This document shows, piece after piece, positions 42,150-52,326 of a DNA stretch of 64,000 nt. Source of the stretch: a virus (Duplodnaviria > Caudoviricetes). The DNA lies in IMG/VR virus record IMGVR_UViG_3300011560_000001, positions 96,001 through 160,000 of that record; one strand, written 5' to 3'. Under the pieces are notes generated by a model. It had not been told where the DNA came from and did not search any database. It saw nothing but the letters and a program-made list of their open reading frames with translations. Made by a program: the position numbers and the translations under genes. The stretch's first letter is position 1; every line of letters begins with the position of its first letter.

Positions 42150-42682
42150 TGAACGAGAAACCGCAAGTAAAGCTATATAAATCAGGCTACACGACAATAG
42201 AATACATTGAAGGGATTCACAGAAAGAAAGATGCGGCGTATGTGCTGCATTATTCCAAACATCACGATACGCTATTTGCTTTTACCGTAGTAAATATGCA
42301 AAATGTGGGTAGCAGTGATATCGAACGTTGGTTACAAATCCACCCGACCGACGATCGTGTTCAATTTATCGTTACGCCGTATGCTGCGTTTTCTGGTAAC
42401 GCTTATCGTTTTATTGATAGCGAAGACGGTGAATTATTTTTACGTTTGTACATCACCGATATTGCGAAGACAGGATCGACACCGTCACTGATCGTTGATG
42501 AGACAAAGACGCAATACGGTATTCAGTTCGATTGTTTACCGGACGATCTCATTTTCAGTAATAAGCTATCAACCTCGGCCTGTATTATTGCTGCTGATTT
42601 TGCGAACGTGCTGAAAGTGTTCAAACGGCAAATACCTCCCTCGAAAACTCCGAGGGAGGAAGCTGTCGTTAATCAGAAGTAA
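42146..42682 (+). CDS. Hypothetical protein
   Basis: ATGA overlap with the upstream gene gives start 42146. Confidence 0.65.
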   Translation: MMNEKPQVKLYKSGYTTIEYIEGIHRKKDAAYVLHYSKHHDTLFAFTVVNMQNVGSSDIERWLQIHPTDDRVQFIVTPYAAFSGNAYRFIDSEDGELFLRLYITDIAKTGSTPSLIVDETKTQYGIQFDCLPDDLIFSNKLSTSACIIAADFANVLKVFKRQIPPSKTPREEAVVNQK

Positions 42683-43515
42683 CCGGTTTGTAGTCGAATG
42701 GCGCGACGTTTAGTTTGCGGATCGTTCCAGGCAGCAACGCCAGCCCACGTTTCGTTCAGGAATTCCTGATATGTGTTTTCAGCATCGGCAAAGCGATCGA
42801 TGTATTCCTTGAATGCACCGACTTCTTGCCCTTGTGCTGTAACACCTCTATCGAGACGGATAACGGTTCTGTTGTAGATGTCGCTTTGCGTGGCGTATAA
42901 ACAGAGTTTGTAAAAGTCGTTCCAAACCTCCATGCTGAGGTTAGTAAGTTCCGGATCGTGGGCAAGGAAACAACGTAGACTCAGTGGAAATTGTACAGGC
43001 GTGACGTTGTTCACCATGATGGTGTTAGGGGCGATGATATCAACGTTGGCCGTACTAAGAACGTTCATGGGACCGAAAGCGTTCATCCCTTGCTGTAACG
43101 TGTTGCTTGCGGGGTTCCACCCACAAAGCTGACGTTGAAACTGGGTTTGGTTGAAAGCACCCCATTGCCCGTTATAGTTTATTCCGTAGTTGTTCACGCT
43201 CCCTGAGATAATGGATAATGCGGACGTGATATAACGTCCCTGCGTGGCTTCCAACGGAATGTGGAAAACATAACAGTTAATGGTGACTTCTTCGACTGTG
43301 ACACCCGCATCATCAAGAGGGATAACGGTTTGTAGCCCCCCGTAGATATCGATGTCGCCGATAACCCGTTTACGGATTACCCAATCGGTAATGATGTCTT
43401 CTACGGAACGAGGATAGCGATTACGCCAGTCGTAGCGATCGATATAGCAATACTGTAGGATATCTGCCGGTATTGTACGACAGATACGATCTACACTGTG
43501 GTCAATAGCACCCAT
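42673..43515 (-). CDS. Conserved phiKZ-like protein, probably virion structural
   Basis: 280-aa ORF divergent from phuZ; SD aaggggtga. Confidence 0.6.
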   Translation of the reverse strand: MGAIDHSVDRICRTIPADILQYCYIDRYDWRNRYPRSVEDIITDWVIRKRVIGDIDIYGGLQTVIPLDDAGVTVEEVTINCYVFHIPLEATQGRYITSALSIISGSVNNYGINYNGQWGAFNQTQFQRQLCGWNPASNTLQQGMNAFGPMNVLSTANVDIIAPNTIMVNNVTPVQFPLSLRCFLAHDPELTNLSMEVWNDFYKLCLYATQSDIYNRTVIRLDRGVTAQGQEVGAFKEYIDRFADAENTYQEFLNETWAGVAAWNDPQTKRRAIRLQTGYF

Positions 43516-43579
43516 GGGTCACCCCTTTAGCAAAGAAAGATTCATTGTACGTTAAATACATAGTAAATTAGGAGTTCAC

Positions 43580-44560
43580 ATGCAAGAGAACCAAGTACAT
43601 ATTTGGGCTGTTGGTGGTTGTGGTGGCGAAATCGGCTCAGCATTTGAAGGCGAAGTCGCGAAAGGATTACACAGCATGACGTATGTTGATACCAGCCGGG
43701 CTAATCTACGCGATAGCGCACTGGACGACGATCATATCTACATCTTTAAAGATGCGGCGGGTCGTGAGTTAGACGGTTCTGGTAAGAAGCGTGATGAGAA
43801 CGCTGAACTGATCTGCTCGCAAATCCCAGGTATTCTCAATAAGCATACGCCAGGTAAATTTAATATCGTGGTCTTTAGTCTGAGCGGTGGTTCAGGCTCT
43901 GTTGCCGGTCCTGCGTTGGTTGCTAACCTGCTGGAACGCGGTGAACGTGTGGTGTGTTGCATCGTTGCCTCGTTCGATGATGAGCGTCAAACGATCAACG
44001 CCGATCGTACCTTTAAAGGACTGATGGCGGCTGCAGAAGGATTGAAACGTCCGGTGATTGTTAGCTATCACATGAATGGCGAAAATGGGAAATCGGAGCA
44101 GGATGTCAACCTGGACGTGCAGGTTGTTATTAGCCAGCTTTGTGTTCTGTTTTCTGGCGAGAACCGTCGTCTTGACAGCGCCGACCTGGAAAACTTCTTA
44201 AACCATCCGCGTGTTACCGGTTTGGAACCAACGATCACCGAACTTAATACGTTCATGGGATACGATTGGACGAAAGAGAACGATAGTCCTATTGCTTTCT
44301 GTACGCTTTACCCGAAAGACGCGACTAAAGTCATGGGTGTTAACGCTATTTACAGCTGTGATGGTTTTGTGCCTGAAAGCAGCCCGATTCGTGAAGCGAC
44401 GTCGTTTGTTTTAAGTACCGATCGTTTAGGGGGTATTATCAAACAAATCGCTGACGAAGCGAAACGTTACATTGAACATCGTAACGCGCGTCAACAGGCA
44501 CCGAAAGTTGGTGACGAAACTGTAGCGGAAGCGAAGAACAGCGGTTTCTTGCTTTTCTAA
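43580..44560 (+). CDS. phuZ: PhuZ phage tubulin (spindle protein)
   Basis: Tubulin/FtsZ motifs GGCGG, DTS, DGSGK.R, SGGSGS and RLDSAD (T7 loop); hydrophobic C-terminal tail; 326 aa. Confidence 0.93.
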   Translation: MQENQVHIWAVGGCGGEIGSAFEGEVAKGLHSMTYVDTSRANLRDSALDDDHIYIFKDAAGRELDGSGKKRDENAELICSQIPGILNKHTPGKFNIVVFSLSGGSGSVAGPALVANLLERGERVVCCIVASFDDERQTINADRTFKGLMAAAEGLKRPVIVSYHMNGENGKSEQDVNLDVQVVISQLCVLFSGENRRLDSADLENFLNHPRVTGLEPTITELNTFMGYDWTKENDSPIAFCTLYPKDATKVMGVNAIYSCDGFVPESSPIREATSFVLSTDRLGGIIKQIADEAKRYIEHRNARQQAPKVGDETVAEAKNSGFLLF

Positions 44561-44597
44561 CACCGAACCAAAAAGTTCAAGTGAATGGAGATGCGCT

Positions 44598-44798
44598 ATG
44601 TCGCTGTTTATCTGCGAACGTTGCGGTCATGTTGATAGTACTGAACTCGCTTACGAGAATCAGCGAGGCGATGGTCAGTTCGTGTGTACGAAATGCCAAG
44701 GTCGTCAATGGCATGGTTATTTTCCATATCAGCCATACGACCCAGCAAAACACGCACATATCGTCAACCATCCTTCATTGAAATTGGATGGTTATTAA
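44598..44798 (+). CDS. Small zinc-ribbon protein
   Basis: 66 aa with CERC and CTKC; SD ggag. Confidence 0.65.
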   Translation: MSLFICERCGHVDSTELAYENQRGDGQFVCTKCQGRQWHGYFPYQPYDPAKHAHIVNHPSLKLDGY

Positions 44799-44806
44799 GT
44801 TCTATC

Positions 44807-44838
44807 GAGCCTGTCCTTCGGGGCAGGCTTTTATGCCG
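44807..44838 (+). terminator. Hairpin (cUUCGg loop) + TTTTATGCCG
   Basis: agcctgtcc-ttcg-gggcaggct then tttatgccg. Confidence 0.75.
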
Positions 44839-44851
44839 TGTAGGAGAAAGC

Positions 44852-45049
44852 ATGGGAGAGTGGTGGGATAAAATAAGAAAACGATTTAACGATTGGAATC
44901 AGGAACGGGAGGAAGAAATAAAGCGTGCTTGGGACGTCTTGGATCGAAGAGGTACGGTGGTATTCGAAGAGGGGGAAAATGATGCCAGAAACTCTCCTAT
45001 TTCGTTTTACGCCGTATATTTTAACTATTCCCAGATATCGTGTGTATAA
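44852..45049 (+). CDS. Small hypothetical protein
   Basis: SD aggag before ATG 44852; 65 aa. Confidence 0.45.
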   Translation: MGEWWDKIRKRFNDWNQEREEEIKRAWDVLDRRGTVVFEEGENDARNSPISFYAVYFNYSQISCV

Positions 45050-45073
45050 ACAATGGGGACTTAGGAAAAGAGT

Positions 45074-46051
45074 ATGACCAAGAGACTAGCCAGGATCGAT
45101 TTGTACACATTAGCGTCGTGGGTTTCATTACCGCTTATCGATTGCCTGAGTTTGCATCATCAACGCCAACTTTCTCCGAAGGAAAAACTGCAATTAACGG
45201 AATTGTTGGTGGATTTCGATCTTAATCAGAGAATGCCCTGGACTCGACATGATCCTCGATATCGTCATGAATCGTTCGCAGATATTCTCGGTCCGATTTG
45301 GTATCAACCTGACTTTCGAGAAGACTTCGATGTTGTTCAGGGTATGGTAACCGAATATTTGTCTTATCATCACAACAAGCTGTTTGGTAAGAATTGGTCG
45401 GATAACCGTATTTACGGAATAGAGCGTGTGTGCGACTATGTCTATATCGTTGATCTTGGTCGTGTTAAGAAACATCAAACAAAACCAACGCCGTTAAAAG
45501 CATTTGAGTTCCAAGAAACAGAGTATTGCGTTGATCGTAAGTCAGCAACCGAACATGTTGTCCGCGTACGTAATAGTAACCCTCAAGTGATGGCGATGCC
45601 GTCAATTAATATCACGATCAATGTCTGCCCATCTGGCGCGATTGTTGAACGTCCCCAGGAGCTAACAGATGAACAATTTGAATGGCTTGGGCAATTGGAA
45701 GAACTTCGATTGGCTCACGCGAAACGAAAAGCGAAACAACTCGCCAATGAACCCATTTACATTAAACAGGGCATTGCCATTAAGGAACGATTTAAACAAC
45801 GTCGCTCCGTCTTCGGTCCCGTGCAACCCGTACTATATGAGTTTGGGGTTCCCGAGTACCGGATGGACGCTGAGTCGGTGGCGACCGCTTTCTTGGATAA
45901 CGGTGAAATACATCGACAAGGTGCATGTTCTTCGGGTCCTTTTAGACCGGTTCGAGTCCAGCGTCCACGCAGACATCGGCATACTAAGTCGAGAACAGGA
46001 AATGATGACGTGCCACGAAACATGGACAGATCTCATTACCGAACTTATTGA
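45074..46051 (+). CDS. Hypothetical protein
   Basis: 325-aa ORF; 3' end overlaps the next gene by about 150-215 nt. Confidence 0.6.
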   Translation: MTKRLARIDLYTLASWVSLPLIDCLSLHHQRQLSPKEKLQLTELLVDFDLNQRMPWTRHDPRYRHESFADILGPIWYQPDFREDFDVVQGMVTEYLSYHHNKLFGKNWSDNRIYGIERVCDYVYIVDLGRVKKHQTKPTPLKAFEFQETEYCVDRKSATEHVVRVRNSNPQVMAMPSINITINVCPSGAIVERPQELTDEQFEWLGQLEELRLAHAKRKAKQLANEPIYIKQGIAIKERFKQRRSVFGPVQPVLYEFGVPEYRMDAESVATAFLDNGEIHRQGACSSGPFRPVRVQRPRRHRHTKSRTGNDDVPRNMDRSHYRTY

Positions 46052-46298
46052 ACGGGCTGGCGACACAGAACGTATTTTCAATGAAGACGATCCGTCGATG
46101 GAAAGACATGTTGATGCTTACCACGCGGCAGCGTCAGAACTTACGAATCTCACCATGGCACTCGAGCCTGTCTTCGGTAGTGAGTTTATTCACGTATGGG
46201 AACACATGTTGGAAGGGCCTTACAACTGGGCGTTGGAGAGTTACAATGCGGCCACCTTTGTTGCGATCTTTAGAGCAATTTCAGAGAGACGATTCTAA
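45903..46298 (+). CDS. Hypothetical acidic protein (start uncertain: ATG 45837 or GTG 45903)
   Basis: C-terminal part of the 45669 ORF reads as plausible protein. Confidence 0.5.
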   Translation: MKYIDKVHVLRVLLDRFESSVHADIGILSREQEMMTCHETWTDLITELIERAGDTERIFNEDDPSMERHVDAYHAAASELTNLTMALEPVFGSEFIHVWEHMLEGPYNWALESYNAATFVAIFRAISERRF

Positions 46299-46731
46299 GC
46301 CGTCGGCTATTCCGCGTCCAAGTCAGGTTTCGATACACATTCGCACACCACAGACCGGACGTCGGTACATCATCCCGTTATTAAACTACAGTGAATATCT
46401 GTTTTCGATGCTCGATGAGCGATTACCTTATTTCTCACCGAACGGAAATTATGATATTCACACGTTGCTTTACGACACGATTGAACTGTATCTGTACAAA
46501 CGAAATATCTCCGGCCGTGATGTAGACACGCAACTCGAGTTCGTTTTGGATGAAGTTTTCATGCATGAAGACTATGGTCATGATGAGAAGTTCGATTTTC
46601 GTTGTCGTTTATCGGTGATGCGAAGCGAAGTTAACCAGATCCTTCGTACGTGGATCCCACGTGTAGAAGATTGGTGGCATTTCAATTTTACGTTAGATAC
46701 GAGTATGACGTTATGGTTGGTGGTGGAATAA
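46246..46731 (+). CDS. Hypothetical protein
   Basis: SD ggag before ATG 46246. Confidence 0.55.
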   Translation: MRPPLLRSLEQFQRDDSKPSAIPRPSQVSIHIRTPQTGRRYIIPLLNYSEYLFSMLDERLPYFSPNGNYDIHTLLYDTIELYLYKRNISGRDVDTQLEFVLDEVFMHEDYGHDEKFDFRCRLSVMRSEVNQILRTWIPRVEDWWHFNFTLDTSMTLWLVVE

Positions 46732-47225
46732 TACAATCAAAGCCGTCGGCATTTGTGCGTTATCGGCAGAAACCTAATTTTCTTAACGGGAAAGATGATG
46801 GCGTGCGGATATCGGTGTGCTTGGAAACCGTACTGGCGATGTTGTATCAGCATATGGACAAGTATGCTTTCTTCGACCGCATTAACGTATCGGCTTATGA
46901 CGTGCTTCAGTATACGACGTACGAGTACTGGTCGTTACGTATGCAGCGACCATTTCAATCGTGGTATCCGCCGGTATATGAAATGATAAGCGAAGAACTG
47001 TGCCAGGAACTGGTTAGCGTAGATCATGACGGTGAGTATTATGAAGCCATTTATAGTTATGTTGACGCGATCCAGGAAACCGTTAACCTTATATTTCCGT
47101 GCTTTGATTACTCGATGACACAGATGTTAACGGCCAGTGGGTTATTACCGAAGACCGTCGAGAACAACCTCGAACTAGAAGGAATTCATGGATATGTTGC
47201 CTTTTTCAACGTTGAATGTGGTTGA
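46713..47225 (+). CDS. Hypothetical protein
   Basis: In-frame ATG 46713 overlapping the upstream stop. Confidence 0.55.
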   Translation: MVGGGIIQSKPSAFVRYRQKPNFLNGKDDGVRISVCLETVLAMLYQHMDKYAFFDRINVSAYDVLQYTTYEYWSLRMQRPFQSWYPPVYEMISEELCQELVSVDHDGEYYEAIYSYVDAIQETVNLIFPCFDYSMTQMLTASGLLPKTVENNLELEGIHGYVAFFNVECG

Positions 47226-47676
47226 TCGTGGAACAGATACCTATCGTCTGACGGTTACTATCCCCGACTGGTTACAAGCAGAGCTGAACACCATGAATGA
47301 CCCAGAAGATCCGTTGCGTATAACAACGTTGCTGGTATTAGCGTTGCGGTATCTTAATCGTCCTGTCTTGTCACGCGAGGCGTTCGAGAACGCGTATATC
47401 CTCGGATACGTTAAACGTGAAGATACGATATTATTTACGAAGATACAGCTCTGTTTCTTAAATCAATTATGTCTGTTCAATGTCGGTCGTACGACTAACA
47501 CGCATCGTTACGGGTGGGAGGTCGTACAAATCTATCCTACCGTTATGGTAGTATCCAGTTTTCGTCGCGCATTGTGGGACGATCCAGAAAAGACTGTGGC
47601 GTCGTTAATACATACGCCGAACAAGAGAAACACAGGATGGAAAAATACGCCACTGAGCGCCGTCGCCACGTTATAA
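47188..47676 (+). CDS. Hypothetical protein
   Basis: 162 aa; SD aagga. Confidence 0.6.
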   Translation: MDMLPFSTLNVVDRGTDTYRLTVTIPDWLQAELNTMNDPEDPLRITTLLVLALRYLNRPVLSREAFENAYILGYVKREDTILFTKIQLCFLNQLCLFNVGRTTNTHRYGWEVVQIYPTVMVVSSFRRALWDDPEKTVASLIHTPNKRNTGWKNTPLSAVATL

Positions 47677-48035
47677 AACGCGATGACTACTATCTTGAGC
47701 AACTGCTCGAACAGGCGGTTAACGACATCTATAGTCAGGCAGAAGACGATTACTGTTTGTCTGGGTGGGGTACCGAAGGAAGGCAGATGCTGATGAGGAA
47801 TCTACTGCAAGAAATTGCAGATGTTGTCTTATCGGATATCGACGATGACTTTATCGATGAGTACTGCGAGGAGAGATCGTTATCACGATATCTTATCGTG
47901 CGTATTATCGGACGTGTTTATTATCGTGTTGTCCAGGATATGGAGTTCACAAAAACGTTTTATCGTGGCGGAACACTATCATCTATCCGAGTCTGGTCGG
48001 CGTCGACTTTCGGGTATGAATACATTTTTAAATAA
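47637..48035 (+). CDS. Hypothetical acidic protein
   Basis: In-frame ATG 47637 of the 47514 ORF. Confidence 0.55.
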   Translation: MEKYATERRRHVIKRDDYYLEQLLEQAVNDIYSQAEDDYCLSGWGTEGRQMLMRNLLQEIADVVLSDIDDDFIDEYCEERSLSRYLIVRIIGRVYYRVVQDMEFTKTFYRGGTLSSIRVWSASTFGYEYIFK

Positions 48036-48046
48036 AGGATGCTATT

Positions 48047-48460
48047 ATGCCAGCTTCTGATTTAGAAAAGATTGGCTCTGTTGTGAGTTTTGATGTATAC
48101 GCCCCAGAACTTGGGGTTAACTTCAACGGAGTAGAAATTAGCGCGGTGTACAATTATCGTACCGCCGTACGTAACGGTCGCGATGTTGACGCCATTCACC
48201 AACAGATTTATTCCCGGCTCCCGTCTAGTGTACCGAACGATCCGACGAAGTACAATTACGTCGAGGTCATCACAGCTGATGGGGAGTATGTAATTTTAGG
48301 GATTCCTTGGATTAAGGAGAGCACGATCGTCGTTACCAAGACGCTGATCTATAAACCTAGCATCGTTATCGAGGATGCGACCGACATGACAAAAATTAAT
48401 CAAATTCTTAATCAGGCAGGTTACACCAAGATTGTTGCTAACGACTTGATTAATCAGTAA
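48047..48460 (+). CDS. Conserved phiKZ-like hypothetical protein upstream of the DNA polymerase
   Basis: 137 aa; VSFDVYAP and LGIPWI motifs; SD aagga. Confidence 0.7.
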   Translation: MPASDLEKIGSVVSFDVYAPELGVNFNGVEISAVYNYRTAVRNGRDVDAIHQQIYSRLPSSVPNDPTKYNYVEVITADGEYVILGIPWIKESTIVVTKTLIYKPSIVIEDATDMTKINQILNQAGYTKIVANDLINQ

Positions 48461-48494
48461 ACTTTTACATAAAGTACTATATATTTTGAGTGGT

Positions 48495-48700
48495 TAGTGC
48501 CATCAGTGAAATAAGATAGGTTCGTGTTTTTATTCCTTCTTTGGCGAACCATCTTTCGTGTTACAACCTCCCTCTGATCTGGCATCATTGTAACACGAGA
48601 GAAGATCTTGTTTCACGAACATCATCGATATCTTTCAGTCAGTTATTATCCTTTAAACCGATCTGGCTTCGGCTGGATCGGTTCTTTTTATGCCGTCCTT
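48495..48700 (+). ncRNA. Candidate structured RNA with C/U-rich loops, ending in hairpin+TATGCCG
   Basis: 12-bp closing stem 48506-17/48605-16, stems 48519-24/48545-50 and 48556-66/48588-98, then a cUUCGg hairpin. Confidence 0.5.
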
Positions 48701-48757
48701 CTTTTTTAACAGATATACGAGATGATGTAGACAGACTAAATAACTTTTGGAGGATTT

Positions 48758-50911
48758 ATGGAAAATCCGTTCTTTTACGATGAAAACGGATATGGTCGTA
48801 CGTTGGATATGACCAAAGAAGCGGTACAGGATTATACCCTGTTCTTAATGCGCATGCGTGGGATTTCTCAGCAGGAAGCGTTGCAGTTTGTTCTTGATAC
48901 GGTTAGTCCTGGTGGAAAATACGGGATGGTTGATCCCGACTGCCTTGTACTAACACAGCGTACTGAAGGAAACCGAGAAAAAGAAGTCATTAAGTTCAGT
49001 CAGTATTTCAATGATATCAAAGAAAATAATTTAATTATCACACCGGTATGGGCTAACTGTTATCCGCGTGAAACACGTTCCAGCGTGCTAAGCGACTTCG
49101 CGGTTGAAAACGGTAAGTTGCGTAAGAAACAAAAGAAACAAATGTCGATAGCACAAGCACACGGACGTAAAGATGAAGCTGAGTTACACGATAAACGACA
49201 AACCAACACCAAGTTAGATAACAACAGCTTGTCAGGAACCCAGGCGTCCAAGTTTAACCCTTTTTATAATCCGATCGCGCATCCGAGTCTAACGACAACA
49301 TGTCGCTGTGCTTCAGGTTCAGCCAATGCGAACAACGAACGCTTCCTTGCGGGTAATTTCCATTATTACGATTGCGATATCGCTATCGAAAACATCGTAA
49401 GCATCGTCCGTAATAGCGATCGTAAAGCCATTGAGCAGGTAATGGTAAAATACAAACTGCATTACCCTACGCCGGAAGAGGTTTGGGCTAATGTATCGAA
49501 ATGCTTGCATCGATATACTTTCGACCCGGAGAAAGAACTGACCATCCGGGAGCTAATTACCGGTTTAACGCCGTTGGAACGCGCCTGCTATATGTACAGC
49601 AATAACCTGTACTCGTTACGTGAGCTTAATCCTGAATTTGTTCGAGATTTTCTTGACTCGTTATGTGAACTGGCATCCGAACCTGTTGAAACGATGGAAG
49701 AGGCTAAAGCCATTATTGCTTCCATGGATAACAACACGGTCGCTTGGATTACAGCACAATGCACGGAGTTCTTGAACGGGGAAGCGATTTACGTAGCGCT
49801 AGAAAAAGGAAATGAACTTGGCTATCGTCTTACTGCAGCAACGACAAAATTAATGCTGCAACGCATCCAAAGCTACGCTGATTTAATTAAGGCGTTATGG
49901 CGTACCGAGAACCAACCGGCCGGTGTTTATGCTTTTCCGTCAGCAATCCGTGAAGTGGGTGTGTTGTCTGATACCGACTCGACGGTGTTTACCTGCCAGG
50001 AGTGGGTTCAGTGGCGATTTGGAAATATGGAGATCAATCCAATTTCGACGCGCTTAGCAAACACACTTATCTATCTGGTTACGCAGATTACGGTTCATCT
50101 GATGGCGATGTGTTCTGGTAATATCGGTGTAGCGAAAGAGCATATGTACGTAATGGAAATGAAGAACGAATATATGTTCTTAATCCTGTCGTTAACCTCG
50201 ATGGGTAAAAACTATTACGGATACATGACCATGCGTGAAGGGGTTCCTATCAACCCACCGAAGCTGGAATTGAAAGGTCCTGTTATGCGTGATGCGTCAG
50301 CACCAAAAATAATCGTCCAACGTGTTGAACGCATGATGTGTGGTATAATGGATAAGCTGTTACGTAATGAGAAGATCAGCATTCGATTGGTTCTTGACGA
50401 TATTATCTCACTAGAGAATGAAATCGTTGAATCAATGAAACGTGGCGATCCGGATTTCTTAACACGTGTTAAAGTGAAACCACATGTTGCGGTAACGAAA
50501 CAGTCTTACGATATGTGGGAAGAAGTGTTTGCTCAATCGTACGGTCATTGCCCCGAACCACCTTATGTTGGGGTTCGTGTACCGTTGGCGACGAAGAACA
50601 AAACGCTTCTTAACGATTGGATTGATTCCTGGGAGGATAAAGGGTTACAACAACGTTTCCGTGATTGGATTGTACGTAACGATAAGAAAACGATAAGCAA
50701 CTTAACGATACCATTACCGGTGATCGAAGCCTCCGGGCTTCCTGATATCTTTATTCAAGGTATGGATATTCGTCGACTGATCTCTACGCTCGTTCGTTCG
50801 TATTATGCGTTAATGGAAAGTTACGGTATTTTCATCTCGAATAAAAACAATACATTGTTGGCCCAAGACATCGCAGCAAGTTATTTACCGAAGCAAGAAA
50901 CCGCAGAATAA
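48758..50911 (+). CDS. Family-B DNA polymerase, polymerase-domain subunit (phiKZ gp50-like)
   Basis: K...NSLSG (motif B), SDTDS (motif C), KNYYG and LELKG motifs; no exonuclease domain; syntenic with chimallin. Confidence 0.82.
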   Translation: MENPFFYDENGYGRTLDMTKEAVQDYTLFLMRMRGISQQEALQFVLDTVSPGGKYGMVDPDCLVLTQRTEGNREKEVIKFSQYFNDIKENNLIITPVWANCYPRETRSSVLSDFAVENGKLRKKQKKQMSIAQAHGRKDEAELHDKRQTNTKLDNNSLSGTQASKFNPFYNPIAHPSLTTTCRCASGSANANNERFLAGNFHYYDCDIAIENIVSIVRNSDRKAIEQVMVKYKLHYPTPEEVWANVSKCLHRYTFDPEKELTIRELITGLTPLERACYMYSNNLYSLRELNPEFVRDFLDSLCELASEPVETMEEAKAIIASMDNNTVAWITAQCTEFLNGEAIYVALEKGNELGYRLTAATTKLMLQRIQSYADLIKALWRTENQPAGVYAFPSAIREVGVLSDTDSTVFTCQEWVQWRFGNMEINPISTRLANTLIYLVTQITVHLMAMCSGNIGVAKEHMYVMEMKNEYMFLILSLTSMGKNYYGYMTMREGVPINPPKLELKGPVMRDASAPKIIVQRVERMMCGIMDKLLRNEKISIRLVLDDIISLENEIVESMKRGDPDFLTRVKVKPHVAVTKQSYDMWEEVFAQSYGHCPEPPYVGVRVPLATKNKTLLNDWIDSWEDKGLQQRFRDWIVRNDKKTISNLTIPLPVIEASGLPDIFIQGMDIRRLISTLVRSYYALMESYGIFISNKNNTLLAQDIAASYLPKQETAE

Positions 50912-50983
50912 CATAACCCACCACCCCATCCTCCCTTCCCTTACGGGTTGGGAGGATGTGTGGAAAGAAGGAGGTGGTTATGC
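50912..50983. terminator. Bidirectional hairpin between convergent genes
   Basis: catcctccc..gggaggatg stem flanked by cataacc/ggttatg. Confidence 0.6.
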
Positions 50984-52072
50984 ACCAGCAGGAAGAATTT
51001 TTAAGAGGTCGGCAACCTGTGCAATAACTTCACGTCTTAAATCGCCAGGTAACGGAGAGGATTCCCAGTTACCTTCTTTTAGACTCCGGTCGGCAGCACG
51101 GTACAGGTCGTTATCGATTTGACTGCTAAATCCGACGCTTTCAGATACGTTTTGCAATGTGACGAGTTGCTGCCATAATGACAGACAACCCAGATCCCTT
51201 GCCCATCGTGTTTGTCGAAGATCAACGGTGTAGCCCATTCGGGTTGCTTGGTACTGATCCCCGTATAAACTCGGTATCTGTTTAAGCATGTCGGTGTAGC
51301 TTCGTCTTCTTCGTAATAAATGATGCTGTACGGACAGAACGACTTGGTCGAATACGTTATCAAGGTCGTTAACGTAAATTGGTGATTTGAGTGGATTCTT
51401 AGCCGGAGATACCCACAAACAACGGTTACGTACGACAACATCGTTGTGTGAGTATAATGCGTTAACCAACGGAAAACTCGCAAGGAAGCTTGTAACCGGT
51501 TCTTTAACCACCCATTTACCGTCGACGTTATGACCCATGACCAAAGACCACATTCGATACTGTAGCGCTAATAAAGGCACGTCAACCATAATGACCGCAA
51601 ACCCCCGTCCTTCCTCAACCTGCTTTTGGTGAAGAGGAATGTAACGAAGATTTGCGTATGGGTGCGTCACGATTCTAACTGGTGACCAATTACGCCAGTT
51701 GTCAAGAACATCACGTGAAATAAGACGACTTTCACCGGTTGCGATAATAGCTTCGTGCAATCCTGGATAGAAATCACCGTCGAATAACTTACCCGCGTAT
51801 CTTGATGTTGTCAACTTGACACGATTACCCAATTCTGGCGTAAGATCGAGAATCATGTCGTAGTAAGTTTGTACTGAGATGTCGTATCTCATAGGGAGCT
51901 GTGCGAGCAGCAACGCAAGGATGTGATCGCTCTGAACCGCGAAGGTAAAACCTTGATAGTGGTTCTGGATTGTCTGTAGGTTTCTTTGAACTTCGCGTAT
52001 TAGATAGTCTTTCTGAGGGACGGGCTGCACGCCCGATGATGTTCGCGGGAGGTTATTTAAAACACGAAACAT
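50978..52072 (-). CDS. Conserved phiKZ-like hypothetical protein between DNA polymerase and chimallin
   Basis: 364-aa ORF; SD ggag. Confidence 0.7.
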   Translation of the reverse strand: MFRVLNNLPRTSSGVQPVPQKDYLIREVQRNLQTIQNHYQGFTFAVQSDHILALLLAQLPMRYDISVQTYYDMILDLTPELGNRVKLTTSRYAGKLFDGDFYPGLHEAIIATGESRLISRDVLDNWRNWSPVRIVTHPYANLRYIPLHQKQVEEGRGFAVIMVDVPLLALQYRMWSLVMGHNVDGKWVVKEPVTSFLASFPLVNALYSHNDVVVRNRCLWVSPAKNPLKSPIYVNDLDNVFDQVVLSVQHHLLRRRRSYTDMLKQIPSLYGDQYQATRMGYTVDLRQTRWARDLGCLSLWQQLVTLQNVSESVGFSSQIDNDLYRAADRSLKEGNWESSPLPGDLRREVIAQVADLLKILPAGA

Positions 52073-52246
52073 ACGAACTCCGTAAGAAGATGGTAAACGG
52101 ATATGACTTTACTCTCAATAAGAGAAGTAAAAGTTTACAGACATATCCTGATTATATGTAGAAAGAATGTTGCTTCTCGGCAGCGTTCGCCTAGGGGTTT
52201 ATATCGTTCAATGTGGTTACACCAATATTGAAAAAAATTTCAGGGT

Positions 52247-52262
52247 TATATTACCTAGGTGA
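52247..52262 (+). promoter_or_regulatory. Early-type promoter TATATTACCTAGGTGA for chimallin
   Basis: phiKZ early core TATATTAC; A-tract upstream; identical 16-mer at 58067. Confidence 0.75.
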
Positions 52263-52326
52263 ATGAGCGAGTAGAAGCTGATTCAATGACGTCATTTAAT
52301 AAAGTTTAAGAAAAGAGGAATCCCAA

